Shown: positions 47,667 to 56,668 of the stretch, in pieces
Layout: the number at the start of each line of letters is the position of its first letter
How positions within the stretch are numbered: the stretch's first letter is position 1
IMG/VR virus record: IMGVR_UViG_3300023082_000002
Span: 1-64,000 of that record
Source: a virus
Direction: 5' to 3' (one strand)
DNA: 64,000 nucleotides
Program-made: the position numbers and the translations under genes
Notes under the pieces: generated by a model
What the model saw: only the letters and a program-made list of their open reading frames with translations
The model's database searches: none
Told to the model about the DNA's origin: nothing

Positions 47667-48673
47667 TAGTCGTTCTTCCAGAACGGATTCGGGATGGTCT
47701 CAGTTGGCTGCTCGTCCAGCGGTGCGACAGCCTCGTCGAGGGCGGTCTTCTCAATCTCGGTCTCTTCGGCTTCTTCCTGCTGGGCCGCACTCATGCGACG
47801 ATGCAGCTCTTTACGACTGATTCCTTCGACACGCATGATCTCCTGCTCGTTGAGCTCGATGACCTCCTCCCAGTCCTTGAAATTCGAGTGGACGCCGAAC
47901 ATCGGAGCGTCGGGATTACCCTCCTCGTCGGCAGCAACCTCGACCTGAATCACGCCGGTCTCAACGCCGACCTGGATCGCCTCACTGATGTCCACGAGTG
48001 AAGGCTGCGGCTCCTCGTCGGCATCTTGCATGCTGTACGAAGGGACGTGGTACATCTTGATGGGGGACGCCTCGTACATATCACGAGCTTTGTCGAGAAC
48101 GATCTGCGGCGTGAGCTCGGACTGACTGTAGTTCTCCACGTCCTTGAGGTCTTCGATCGCCTGAGACATGAGGTCCTTGAGCTGAAACTCGTTAAGCTCG
48201 TCGAAGGTTTTCACCCTGGGCGCGTCGCCGAAGATTACGTCCATGACAGTGTCGAGTGCCTTGTTGCTCTTCGGGGCAGCCATGAGGGCCATTGCCTTGG
48301 CGATCGTCTGACGCTCGGGCTCGGTGTGACGACCCTCGTACCACTCGTCGGGCTGGTCCTCGGGAAGGATGACCATGCTGCGGTTGCGGAGCGCATCGAG
48401 TACACCCTCGATCGCGGTGGTCTTGAGGCTCTCGCTGTGACCCAGCCACGGTGCCAGCTGCTCAGCACCGACGTCTGCGGAGCGGTGGTAAATCATCCAC
48501 TCCTTCATGAACGACGTGTCGAAGTCGTTGAACTCGGGGAGCGGCTCACCCGTGAAGTCGTGACCGTCATCGTTCATCCAGACGACGGTGAACAGGTCGA
48601 AGCCTTCACGCTCCTTGAACTCGCGTGCGACCGTGTCGAAGATGGGTGTGGCTGTAGGTCCGTACATTGTCAT
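47666..48673 (-). CDS. acidic hypothetical protein
   Basis: AAGGAG RBS; strong codon bias. Confidence 0.7.
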   Translation of the reverse strand: MTMYGPTATPIFDTVAREFKEREGFDLFTVVWMNDDGHDFTGEPLPEFNDFDTSFMKEWMIYHRSADVGAEQLAPWLGHSESLKTTAIEGVLDALRNRSMVILPEDQPDEWYEGRHTEPERQTIAKAMALMAAPKSNKALDTVMDVIFGDAPRVKTFDELNEFQLKDLMSQAIEDLKDVENYSQSELTPQIVLDKARDMYEASPIKMYHVPSYSMQDADEEPQPSLVDISEAIQVGVETGVIQVEVAADEEGNPDAPMFGVHSNFKDWEEVIELNEQEIMRVEGISRKELHRRMSAAQQEEAEETEIEKTALDEAVAPLDEQPTETIPNPFWKND

Positions 48674-48685
48674 TGTCTCCTTGGT

Positions 48686-49009
48686 TTAAGGGTGTACCCA
48701 TGACTCGCCGATGAGCCATGCTGCGAGAAATCTGATCTTGCTTGGCGGGTCGCCCGCTTCTTCTTCCTCGACCTGATAGAAGATGTCAATCGACTCAACC
48801 ATCTTAGATACGAGGGTGTCATAATCAGGATACACCGCCTGTGTCGAGACTGCAAGGGCTTGGGCAAGGCAATTATTGCCACAGTAATGAGTCGTTACGC
48901 CGGACCTTGTAAGGGTAAGCCATGGTACGATACTCGTGCTTGGTGTAAGCGCCGAAAGCATGAGCTGATTCTCACAGCCCGGACCATCGCATCGCAAGTG
49001 CTGACTCAT
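48686..49009 (-). CDS. Zn-finger-like hypothetical protein
   Basis: CDGPGC...HYCG..CL. Confidence 0.6.
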   Translation of the reverse strand: MSQHLRCDGPGCENQLMLSALTPSTSIVPWLTLTRSGVTTHYCGNNCLAQALAVSTQAVYPDYDTLVSKMVESIDIFYQVEEEEAGDPPSKIRFLAAWLIGESWVHP

Positions 49010-49323
49010 CGGACTACCTTGACCCCCTGCTTCGGCACGCACGTGTCAACCATGCCGTAGTACCCGACCTCGCGAAGCAGCTCAAACAGCCACTGAGGCA
49101 CGGGTCGATACTGCTCATAGCCGTACAGCTTGAACGTAGCCGAAGTCGAACCGGGCACTAGTCTGCCGTAGTTGCGACCGAACAACTGAACCTTGCCTCG
49201 ATTCCCGAAGTCCGTAATCTCAGCCTTGTATGGCTCGAATTCTGGGCCGAGCGACGATATCACCCTGGGTGCCCCTTTGATTGAGAATACGGTTACAGTC
49301 TTGCGTGCTGATACCTCAATCAT
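49006..49323 (-). CDS. hypothetical protein
   Basis: GGAGG RBS; ATGA coupling. Confidence 0.6.
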   Translation of the reverse strand: MIEVSARKTVTVFSIKGAPRVISSLGPEFEPYKAEITDFGNRGKVQLFGRNYGRLVPGSTSATFKLYGYEQYRPVPQWLFELLREVGYYGMVDTCVPKQGVKVVR

Positions 49324-49613
49324 ACCTGCACCTCCACTACTAGAGTCCCAGCTACTGTCATGGTCGCATGGACGAATGCAAAGGCGGCAACGTCGTACGG
49401 AACTGGTCCCCATCTGCGCTCGTACTCCTTAATCAGAGCCATCTCCAGCATGCGATGTGCCTGCTGGCGCTCGATACGCATGCGGCGCTCGAAGGTCTTG
49501 ACTCGACCGTGATTGGCCGGACGCAACGCTGCTGACATGGTGACCGCACGCTCGCGCTTGAGTCCACTGCTGTACGTGTAGTCCTCGTGTCCCGGCTTGT
49601 CTAGGATTGGCAT
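49320..49613 (-). CDS. hypothetical protein
   Basis: GGAGG RBS. Confidence 0.6.
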   Translation of the reverse strand: MPILDKPGHEDYTYSSGLKRERAVTMSAALRPANHGRVKTFERRMRIERQQAHRMLEMALIKEYERRWGPVPYDVAAFAFVHATMTVAGTLVVEVQV

Positions 49614-49615
49614 GG

Positions 49616-49804
49616 TTAATCCTCCGGCTTCGGAAAGGGTGTCTTCTTCTTCCACTCTTCATACCAGTCAGGTATGTGTTCGGGACACCACGAATCACCA
49701 TTCTTTTGAAAGAACCAGCCAGACTTGATGTGTGAAAACTTGTTAGAGGGGATAGTCTCCTCGCAGTCAGGATTGCTGCAACGAGTATCTACTCCGTACG
49801 ACAT
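49616..49804 (-). CDS. small Zn-binding hypothetical protein
   Basis: CSNPDC...GWF...WCPEH. Confidence 0.6.
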   Translation of the reverse strand: MSYGVDTRCSNPDCEETIPSNKFSHIKSGWFFQKNGDSWCPEHIPDWYEEWKKKTPFPKPED

Positions 49805-49805
49805 G

Positions 49806-49964
49806 TCACTCAGCCCTCTTTGTCACTGTGACCGGACCCGCCAGCTCTTCGGCACGTCGATCAAGCGCCTCGGCCTCAGCCTTCTTGCGCTTGCGATACT
49901 CGGGATCACGGTAACGATTTGCCTGGGTGTCCTTGTTGCGACCTGAGTCAGGGTTGCCAGCCAT
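49806..49964 (-). CDS. 52-aa basic hypothetical protein
   Basis: ATG one base after the ATPase stop. Confidence 0.5.
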   Translation of the reverse strand: MAGNPDSGRNKDTQANRYRDPEYRKRKKAEAEALDRRAEELAGPVTVTKRAE

Positions 49965-49965
49965 G

Positions 49966-51501
49966 TCACAGCTCCACGTTCGATCGAACGATGTCAAGGA
50001 CCTGGTCAGCCTGCTTCGGCTCGAGGTAGTCAGCGGCAGCCATGCGATACGCGGTGAGGAAGTCGAACCATCGCAACGCTCTTGCGACCTTGATCTGCGG
50101 GCGGATAGCCCAACTGATCTGCAGACTGCCTGACTGAATGTTGGTTCTGATGTCATCAGCAATCGCCATGAGTGCATCCATCTTGTCACGCGGAATATCC
50201 CAGCCGTCGTGCTTGCAGCGGGTCTCGATGATCTCACGCTCCAGCTTATCGTCGGGCAGTCCGACACTGAAGTGCATGAGACGGTTGGCATCGGCGTCAC
50301 CGATCATCTGAGTACCGATGTTGTTCATATCCCAGGCAGGGTTCATCGCGAGACCTAGGTACGCGTCACTGTGGCGTGTGATCCGCTGACCCTTTGCCAT
50401 GTCGAGAACCAGCTGCTTGCTGTTATCGGTGAGCGGGCGGATGAACTGCCACACGTCAGCGGGTGCAGTGTTGGGCTCGTCGAGGATGATGACACACGGC
50501 TTACCCCAGGCACGAGGGAGGCGACCGAACTCGAACACGGTCTCGCCATTCTCATACAGCCACTTGCCAGCGATGTCATCGAGCTCGGTCGATCCGGTGA
50601 ACGACAGACGCTCGAATGGCAGGCACATCAGCCATGCCATGAACCTGAAGAACTCGGTCTTGCCCGTACCGGCCTGACCCCAAAACGCTGGGGTCTCGTC
50701 GAGCTCTGTCCATAGCACGACCACCTTGTAGAGATAGAAGGCGTGATCGACATAGTCCTCGGGGTGCTCGTCGTCGCCGGTCCGTGGAATCTTGGCCTGC
50801 TCCTCGGGCGAGAAGTGATTCAGGTCATAGATGGGAAGCCAGACCGAGTTGTCGGACATCGGGTCTTTGATCTCCCGCCATGCCCTGATGCCGTGAGCGG
50901 CGTCCTCGGCAGACACTTCCTTATCCGTCTCGTACTCGGTCGGATCAACAAAGTTAGCCTTGGCCTTGGCGTGAGCTGCGACCGGATCACCAGCAACGGT
51001 GAAGTTCTCAGCGTACTCGGGAATGAAAGTCATGCCCGCCATGTCGGGGCGAGGCGTACCGAACGAACGGTAATCGCAGTTACGAGCCTCGAGTGTGGTG
51101 CGATTACCGAGGATCAACTTACCCTGCGCAGCACACATGCCTGCACCCCAGCCCGGACCCTTAACAACAACTTCGAGGTCGATGTAGTTACTGCAGTTGA
51201 GGCAGGTACGAACAGCCTCGGGCATGTTACCAGCACCGGGCAGTGTAGACTGGGGGTCGGGCAGCATCACCTGAAAGTCTGCGGTCTTCCAGTCGGGCGT
51301 GATAGGAGCAGGCTTGCCATACGAATCACAGTTCTTCGCGAACGTCTTCGATATCTCGGTAACCTCCGGAAGAGAAGACTTGATGCGACCGAGGGGCTTA
51401 CCGAACCGAGCACAGACTGGAACACCGATGCTCTTGTTAAAGAACTTTGTTGCCTGCTGGGTCGTGAGCATCGAGGGGCAGTCTAGGCATGACTGAGACA
51501 T
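49966..51501 (-). CDS. MoxR/CbbQ/CobS-type AAA+ ATPase with tandem Cys-rich N domains
   Basis: GQAGTGKT, ILDEPN, AMNP, A.ANR; two CxxC...C...C repeats at the N terminus. Confidence 0.9.
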   Translation of the reverse strand: MSQSCLDCPSMLTTQQATKFFNKSIGVPVCARFGKPLGRIKSSLPEVTEISKTFAKNCDSYGKPAPITPDWKTADFQVMLPDPQSTLPGAGNMPEAVRTCLNCSNYIDLEVVVKGPGWGAGMCAAQGKLILGNRTTLEARNCDYRSFGTPRPDMAGMTFIPEYAENFTVAGDPVAAHAKAKANFVDPTEYETDKEVSAEDAAHGIRAWREIKDPMSDNSVWLPIYDLNHFSPEEQAKIPRTGDDEHPEDYVDHAFYLYKVVVLWTELDETPAFWGQAGTGKTEFFRFMAWLMCLPFERLSFTGSTELDDIAGKWLYENGETVFEFGRLPRAWGKPCVIILDEPNTAPADVWQFIRPLTDNSKQLVLDMAKGQRITRHSDAYLGLAMNPAWDMNNIGTQMIGDADANRLMHFSVGLPDDKLEREIIETRCKHDGWDIPRDKMDALMAIADDIRTNIQSGSLQISWAIRPQIKVARALRWFDFLTAYRMAAADYLEPKQADQVLDIVRSNVEL

Positions 51502-51519
51502 ATCTCTCCTGTCGGGAGG

Positions 51520-52131
51520 TTAGTTGGTGCGGGTACGTCGGCTGTAAGATGACGCGTTAAACGCCTTGAAATGTACTGGGCAGAACCAGTAGTCGATCCC
51601 GCTGAGTGTGGTGTGCTCGATCGCCTGCTCGGTGCAGGTGTACGGAGTGTCCGAGAAGGATGCAGCACATGTGTGCTTGTTCTCGAGTGGCACCCATGCC
51701 GTCCGCCCGTGGGTGCCCTCGTAATCACTCATCGACAGACGCCACGACAGGTCATGCTTCTTCATGAGGTTGCGAGCGCGACGAAGCTGCATTCCCCAGT
51801 AACCCTCTAGGGTTTCGAGGTCGTCGCCCTGCCAGAGGATGACACGCACGTCTACTAGTGGTGCAAAGCCGTCAGCAAAGACGGTGTTGAAGTGTGCTGC
51901 AGGCGATAGCTCGCCGTAGAGCCAGTCGTCTCCGGTCAGCATGCTCTCGGCAGTGAACTCGATGAGCGGACCATACTTGGCCGTTGTCCACCGCAGTTCG
52001 TCGACGTCGCGCTTGACGACGGGCTCGCTACTGACGGGCACAGCGTCGACGTAGACGGACAGGATAGGCCGCTGTGGCGGGTCCAGTAGCCGAAGGTCGG
52101 AAACCTTCGCGTCGACAATGTTGACATTCAC
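51520..52131 (-). CDS. hypothetical protein
   Basis: C-terminal C...C...FCPVH. Confidence 0.6.
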   Translation of the reverse strand: MNVNIVDAKVSDLRLLDPPQRPILSVYVDAVPVSSEPVVKRDVDELRWTTAKYGPLIEFTAESMLTGDDWLYGELSPAAHFNTVFADGFAPLVDVRVILWQGDDLETLEGYWGMQLRRARNLMKKHDLSWRLSMSDYEGTHGRTAWVPLENKHTCAASFSDTPYTCTEQAIEHTTLSGIDYWFCPVHFKAFNASSYSRRTRTN

Positions 52132-52156
52132 GGGTGCGTGCTCGATTCTTGAGTAG

Positions 52157-52633
52157 TTACTTGAGGTCAGAGTTGCACTGCATAGCAGCCTTATCGAGGT
52201 TGCGCTCGACAGTAAGGATGGTGTCTACTGTCTCGTCATAAGCCTCAGAGATGTCGTTGAGTTTGTTAGACCCAGCGATCATACCATTGTTGTCGTCGCG
52301 GGCGTCGGCCTTGCGAATGTCTGAGACGATCACCTGCACATCGTCGGGAGCGGATGCGAGGTCACGCGCAAGGTTAGACAGTACCTCTGTAAGCTGCGTC
52401 ATCTGCACGCACGAATCAGGGTAATCAACCTTGGTCTTTGTGACCACCTTTGTCTCGACCTTGGGTGCCGAGGTAGTAGGTCCCTGGTTAATCGGCTTAA
52501 CCTTCTCCTCTTCGGGAGAATTGAGCGAGCCAAGGATATAGAGAGCGACCATGACTCCGACTACCCACGCGATGATCTTGTGGGACCGCTTAGCGTTGTA
52601 CCACTTCTTGAAGTTAGCTCGGTGCTTGCTCAT
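52157..52633 (-). CDS. membrane-anchored extracellular protein
   Basis: Basic N terminus, single TM, T/K/V linker, helical domain with 2 Cys. Confidence 0.7.
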   Translation of the reverse strand: MSKHRANFKKWYNAKRSHKIIAWVVGVMVALYILGSLNSPEEEKVKPINQGPTTSAPKVETKVVTKTKVDYPDSCVQMTQLTEVLSNLARDLASAPDDVQVIVSDIRKADARDDNNGMIAGSNKLNDISEAYDETVDTILTVERNLDKAAMQCNSDLK

Positions 52634-53079
52634 CCTTCGTACGGCCCCTCGGTCTCGTCGATCGTGGCAACGTACTCGTCGTCCTTCTTCTCGCACTCCG
52701 GGCCGATGCCGTAATAGCGCGAACGAGGATCGGTCAGCTCCTTGCCGCACGAGCAGCAACGACCGATGACGTTGGCGTACTCCCGCTGATACTTCACGGG
52801 GTTCAGGGCAGCCATGAGGAGGGCGGGCTCGGCGAGGAGGTTGAACCAGTACATCTGCCCGTCAGGGTAGACGATGAACGCGATACGGTACTCTTCACCG
52901 TGCTGGGTCTGCACCTTGAGGCAGTCCTTGAACCGTCCGTAGGTGGGTCGCGTCACCCGAATGAAGACATAGTCCTCGTCATCACTGTCCCGGCAGGCGA
53001 AGCGTGCGCTCGGGATGGTGTCGAGAATCATGGCTGGAATCATGGTCCGCGTACGGTTGGCAGGCAGTTCAGTATTCAT
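52630..53079 (-). CDS. DUF6011-like protein
   Basis: GRCCSCGKELTDPRSRYYGIGPEC. Confidence 0.75.
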   Translation of the reverse strand: MNTELPANRTRTMIPAMILDTIPSARFACRDSDDEDYVFIRVTRPTYGRFKDCLKVQTQHGEEYRIAFIVYPDGQMYWFNLLAEPALLMAALNPVKYQREYANVIGRCCSCGKELTDPRSRYYGIGPECEKKDDEYVATIDETEGPYEG

Positions 53080-53109
53080 ATTCTTCTCCTCGGTGTAGAG
53101 GGTTAGGGT

Positions 53110-53345
53110 GTCGGCTCGTGTACTTCCCATACACGAGCCGACGCAACGGCGTTCAGTCCATTGCACAGAGCAGCCTATGTCTGCTGCTCATGACTCGGCA
53201 CACAGGTTCTCGGAGCCATGATTCTGGCGAGGGACAATGACGAACCTCGCTACATGACCAGCGCGCCAGCGCTCCCGTGTGCCGAGACATGAGCCCCGGT
53301 CCAGCTGAAACGTAGACAGCTGGACCGGGGTGACATGCGACCTAG
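53110..53345 (-). ncRNA. candidate structured RNA / hairpin array
   Basis: Five consecutive stems filling the intergenic gap. Confidence 0.45.
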
Positions 53346-53356
53346 CTGAGACTAGA

Positions 53357-54253
53357 TCAGGCCTTGCGAGCGCCTCGCGACTTGCCGTCCGGGTGCTCCT
53401 CCGCCTTGACGGCGACGATGCCCTCGATTGCCGTCGGGCTGTTGAAGAGGCGGGCGCTGATCGCACCAGAGCTCGGCTTGTCGTCGCCGTACTCCTCGCT
53501 CTTCTTGTTCGCGATCTCGTTGACGGTGAGGAAGTCACCGGACTGCAGGTCCGCGAACGCGCTCAGGATGTGCTTCTCGGTGGACCGACGCGGGCCGCTG
53601 TACGAGGGGCCACCCGAGCTTGCGACCGTGCGACCGGCGGCGAGCTTGGCGACCTTCTTCGCGTCAGCGGTGATCGACTCGGGCACGTCGACGCCGTCCT
53701 CGAGGGCGATGAGCTGGTTGGCCTGCTCGACCAGCTGGGGGACCAGGTCGTTGACCTGCTCGACCCAGTTCTCACCGACACCCTCGGGGACCTTGGCCGA
53801 CGCGACCGACTGCGCCGCGACGAGCGTCGCGATCTTGCTGACGAACGCCTCGGTCGGGTCGGTCGGCTTGGCCGGAGCCTTGGTCGTGCCAGCCGACAGC
53901 GACTTGCGGATGAGGACGTACGACTTGCCGAGCGGGCCGTTGTCGTTCATCAGAGCCTCGCGCATGGCGGTCTCGATGCTGTCACGAGCTGCGTTCTTGT
54001 TCTTCTGACCGTCGAGCGCACGGTACGCCTCGGTGGTCTTGGCGAGCGCCTCGACGCTCAGATCGCCGGTCGTGGTGTCGGCCTCGGGAAGGATCGAGTC
54101 GACCACAGCGGTGAAGGACGAGATGTCGACCGGAACCTCCGGCTTGGCCTCGGCAGCAGGTGCCTCGGTCGAGGGCGTGTCGGTCGGAACAGCCTCGTTC
54201 GACTCGACGGGAGCGGACTCGGAGGCCGTGGCCTCGGGATTGCGACGTGCCAT
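53357..54253 (-). CDS. highly expressed protein with C-terminal winged-helix-like domain
   Basis: Extreme codon bias; LTVNEIA...PSSGAISARL. Confidence 0.7.
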   Translation of the reverse strand: MARRNPEATASESAPVESNEAVPTDTPSTEAPAAEAKPEVPVDISSFTAVVDSILPEADTTTGDLSVEALAKTTEAYRALDGQKNKNAARDSIETAMREALMNDNGPLGKSYVLIRKSLSAGTTKAPAKPTDPTEAFVSKIATLVAAQSVASAKVPEGVGENWVEQVNDLVPQLVEQANQLIALEDGVDVPESITADAKKVAKLAAGRTVASSGGPSYSGPRRSTEKHILSAFADLQSGDFLTVNEIANKKSEEYGDDKPSSGAISARLFNSPTAIEGIVAVKAEEHPDGKSRGARKA

Positions 54254-54324
54254 GATGATTCTCCTGTGTGTGAAGGGTGGCGCACTAGGCAAGGTGCCTC
54301 GTGATCGGGTGGGTTGGCGTTCCC

Positions 54325-54363
54325 ACCTAGAACCACAGTAGCGGTGCTGGTTCTAGGTTGCAA
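54325..54363 (-). promoter_or_regulatory. SigA-type promoter with embedded 11-bp inverted repeat
   Basis: TTGCAA-17-TACTGT; ACCTAGAACCA (54325-35) / TGGTTCTAGGT (54348-58); A-rich UP-like tract upstream. Confidence 0.8.
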
Positions 54364-54438
54364 GGGGATTGGGAAGCTTTTTTCTTAGGTCGTTATCGGT
54401 CCCAAAAATTTGACTGAAAACAACCTGACATCCCATCA

Positions 54439-54472
54439 CCGCACCCAGGCATTCTTCAATACCAGGGTGCGG
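54439..54472 (-). terminator. hairpin after the LPXTG gene
   Basis: CCGCACCC...GGGTGCGG stem. Confidence 0.55.
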
Positions 54473-54480
54473 CAAAAGAA

Positions 54481-55782
54481 CTACAGGTTGCGCTTCGCGT
54501 TGACCTTGCTCGTAGCAGCTCCGATCAAAGCCAGACCAACCAAAAGCAGTAGACTGCCGATGATGATGATAGCGATGCTCGGACCACCCGTTGCAGGAAG
54601 AACAGCAGATTGGTCTGTGTACGACCTTTCTGTTTCCTCGCTGATCGGCGTAGCGATCTCACCCTTGTCCTTGGGCGCGTCCACCTTCGGAGGCGTGACA
54701 ACGACTGGAGGCGTGACAACCGGAGGAACTGGAGGAGTGACGACTGGAGGCGTAACGACCGGAGGAACCGGGGGCGTAACGACCTCTTCACACTCGGCAT
54801 CGGCCAACTCTTCTGGAGTAGCAGGCCGCGTGCCGGTAGGTGCCGTAGTCAGAACCTCTTCACCTTCCACCCACTGGTTGCCAATCGGCTCGTAGACAAA
54901 AGGCGTAGTCCAGGTGTACGTGTAGTACTCGACCAGCTTCGTGTCGCAGACGAGGTCTTCGTCAACTTCTGTACGCACAAGCGCCGGGGGCTGGGGCGGA
55001 ACTACGGGCGGAGGGCAGGTCTTGAGCTCTGCGTCTGTCGCCCATCGGTCCGACTTGACTTCGCGTGTCGAGGTGCTCTCGATCCACTCGTTCTTGTCCT
55101 TGTCGAGAGTGTAGTCGTACGTCGTGTACGTAGTGACGATGTTGACCTTTTCGGTATCACAGACCAGAGTCTCCTTGACCTCTGTTGTCTGATCCTTGTG
55201 AGGCTTCGGCGGCACAACAACCGGCTTCTTGCAATCATCGTACTGCAGCAGGGATGTATCACCCTTCGCGGCGACGGTCTGGGTGTCACCCTTCTTGGTG
55301 TACGTGAAGCCTTCGTAGATGTCGCCTGAGTGGTCGACATGTCCCGAGTTGAAGAACGCTGCAACACTCACAGTGATCTTGGTGAAGGGGTTCGACTCGC
55401 TACCAGTCGCGTGACAGAGAGTGACCTTCTTGCTCTCTGTGTCATCAGCCGGCTCGCCACAGGGCCCGACCGAACCGGACTTTGACTGCTTGAAGCCACC
55501 GTCCTCGGCTTGGATCGTAGCGGACCAGCTGGTTGTCTTCCCGTTTTGCGGAACGGGAATGACCTTGTTCAGCGAACTGCCAAACGTACCGGAGTCGGTC
55601 TTGCCGTCGACCGTGACGGTCCACTTGTTTGACTTGTTGCCTTCATACGAGTCCGCCTTGAGAACGACACCCTGGCACGAAGCGCTGATGTCTGGCGTAT
55701 GCGCCGGTGCAGGGCTGGCGAGAACCGTGGCTGGCGCCAGAATTCCAATCAGCATCGCGACGGCGATGAGTGTGCGTTTCAT
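54481..55782 (-). CDS. sortase-anchored (LPATG) cell-surface protein
   Basis: Sec signal peptide (MKRTLIAVAML...APA), Pro/Val/Thr stalk, LPATG + TM + basic tail. Confidence 0.88.
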   Translation of the reverse strand: MKRTLIAVAMLIGILAPATVLASPAPAHTPDISASCQGVVLKADSYEGNKSNKWTVTVDGKTDSGTFGSSLNKVIPVPQNGKTTSWSATIQAEDGGFKQSKSGSVGPCGEPADDTESKKVTLCHATGSESNPFTKITVSVAAFFNSGHVDHSGDIYEGFTYTKKGDTQTVAAKGDTSLLQYDDCKKPVVVPPKPHKDQTTEVKETLVCDTEKVNIVTTYTTYDYTLDKDKNEWIESTSTREVKSDRWATDAELKTCPPPVVPPQPPALVRTEVDEDLVCDTKLVEYYTYTWTTPFVYEPIGNQWVEGEEVLTTAPTGTRPATPEELADAECEEVVTPPVPPVVTPPVVTPPVPPVVTPPVVVTPPKVDAPKDKGEIATPISEETERSYTDQSAVLPATGGPSIAIIIIGSLLLLVGLALIGAATSKVNAKRNL

Positions 55783-55838
55783 GAACTGTCTCCTGTTTTG
55801 CGGTTGACTGGCCGGTTGACTAGTCAAGAATGTGAGTG

Positions 55839-56033
55839 TTACAACTCTCGAAGCTGCAACTTGGTATCGCCCTCAAGCTTTCCAGCGAGGGTAATACGAT
55901 GACTGTCCTTCACGGCCATGACCAGGTAGTTACCTGCGATCCGTGGATCGCCGTCACGAGCTTTCTTGATTGCTGACACGAGCGCATCGAGTGCTTCGAC
56001 CGGCCCGTCGATCGTGAGTGTGACTCTAGCCAT
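55839..56033 (-). CDS. hypothetical protein
   Basis: AGGAGG RBS. Confidence 0.6.
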   Translation of the reverse strand: MARVTLTIDGPVEALDALVSAIKKARDGDPRIAGNYLVMAVKDSHRITLAGKLEGDTKLQLREL

Positions 56034-56117
56034 GCTTCCTCCTGCAATCGACGCACACTAACACACATGACGTCTCGCCTGTGTGAATGATCTTGACGTG
56101 ACCTCCGCAGTCGCATG

Positions 56118-56432
56118 TCATCCGTCGACCTCGCGATCACTCATGTGCGGGTCGTCCGAGCGAGTCCCGACAATGACAGCCTGCGCGAAGGCGCGAGCCT
56201 GAGCCAGCTTGTCGGCGTCAGCCTTCTTGCGGGCCTGACGCTCACGCTTCTCCTTGGCCTTGGCCTTGTACTCTTCGCTGTTCCTGCGCTTCTCTTCGAG
56301 GGCCTCGTGCTCCTTCTCGGCGGCACGCTTGATGCGAGACTGCTCGAGTAGTCGAGCGTTACGCTCGGCCTCGGCTGCTTCAAACTCAGCACGCTTCGCT
56401 GCTGCCTGCTCGCGCTTCTGCTTCTTGTTCAC
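56118..56432 (-). CDS. basic coiled-coil protein
   Basis: K/R/E/A-rich; AGGAG RBS. Confidence 0.65.
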   Translation of the reverse strand: MNKKQKREQAAAKRAEFEAAEAERNARLLEQSRIKRAAEKEHEALEEKRRNSEEYKAKAKEKRERQARKKADADKLAQARAFAQAVIVGTRSDDPHMSDREVDG

Positions 56433-56668
56433 TTGACACTCCTGAGATGACGTTTCGGTTTGACTGGTCGATAGACCTCTCGAAGGTGAGAGGAAAGCAT
56501 GGCGTCTAGGGCTCGGTCGCGGGATTCGAGCACTACTGGGATCAAGGCACTGTTCTCTAGGAATGCGGCCCTGTCGCCGTCCAGGAGCGCCTGTGCCTGG
56601 CGCGCAACCAGGTCACGGTACTGGGTGCGGGTCTCGTCGTGCGCGGGCCGCATATCGCGATTAAGCAT
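56429..56668 (-). CDS. hypothetical protein
   Basis: Start reassigned to MLNRD. Confidence 0.5.
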   Translation of the reverse strand: MLNRDMRPAHDETRTQYRDLVARQAQALLDGDRAAFLENSALIPVVLESRDRALDAMLSSHLREVYRPVKPKRHLRSVK

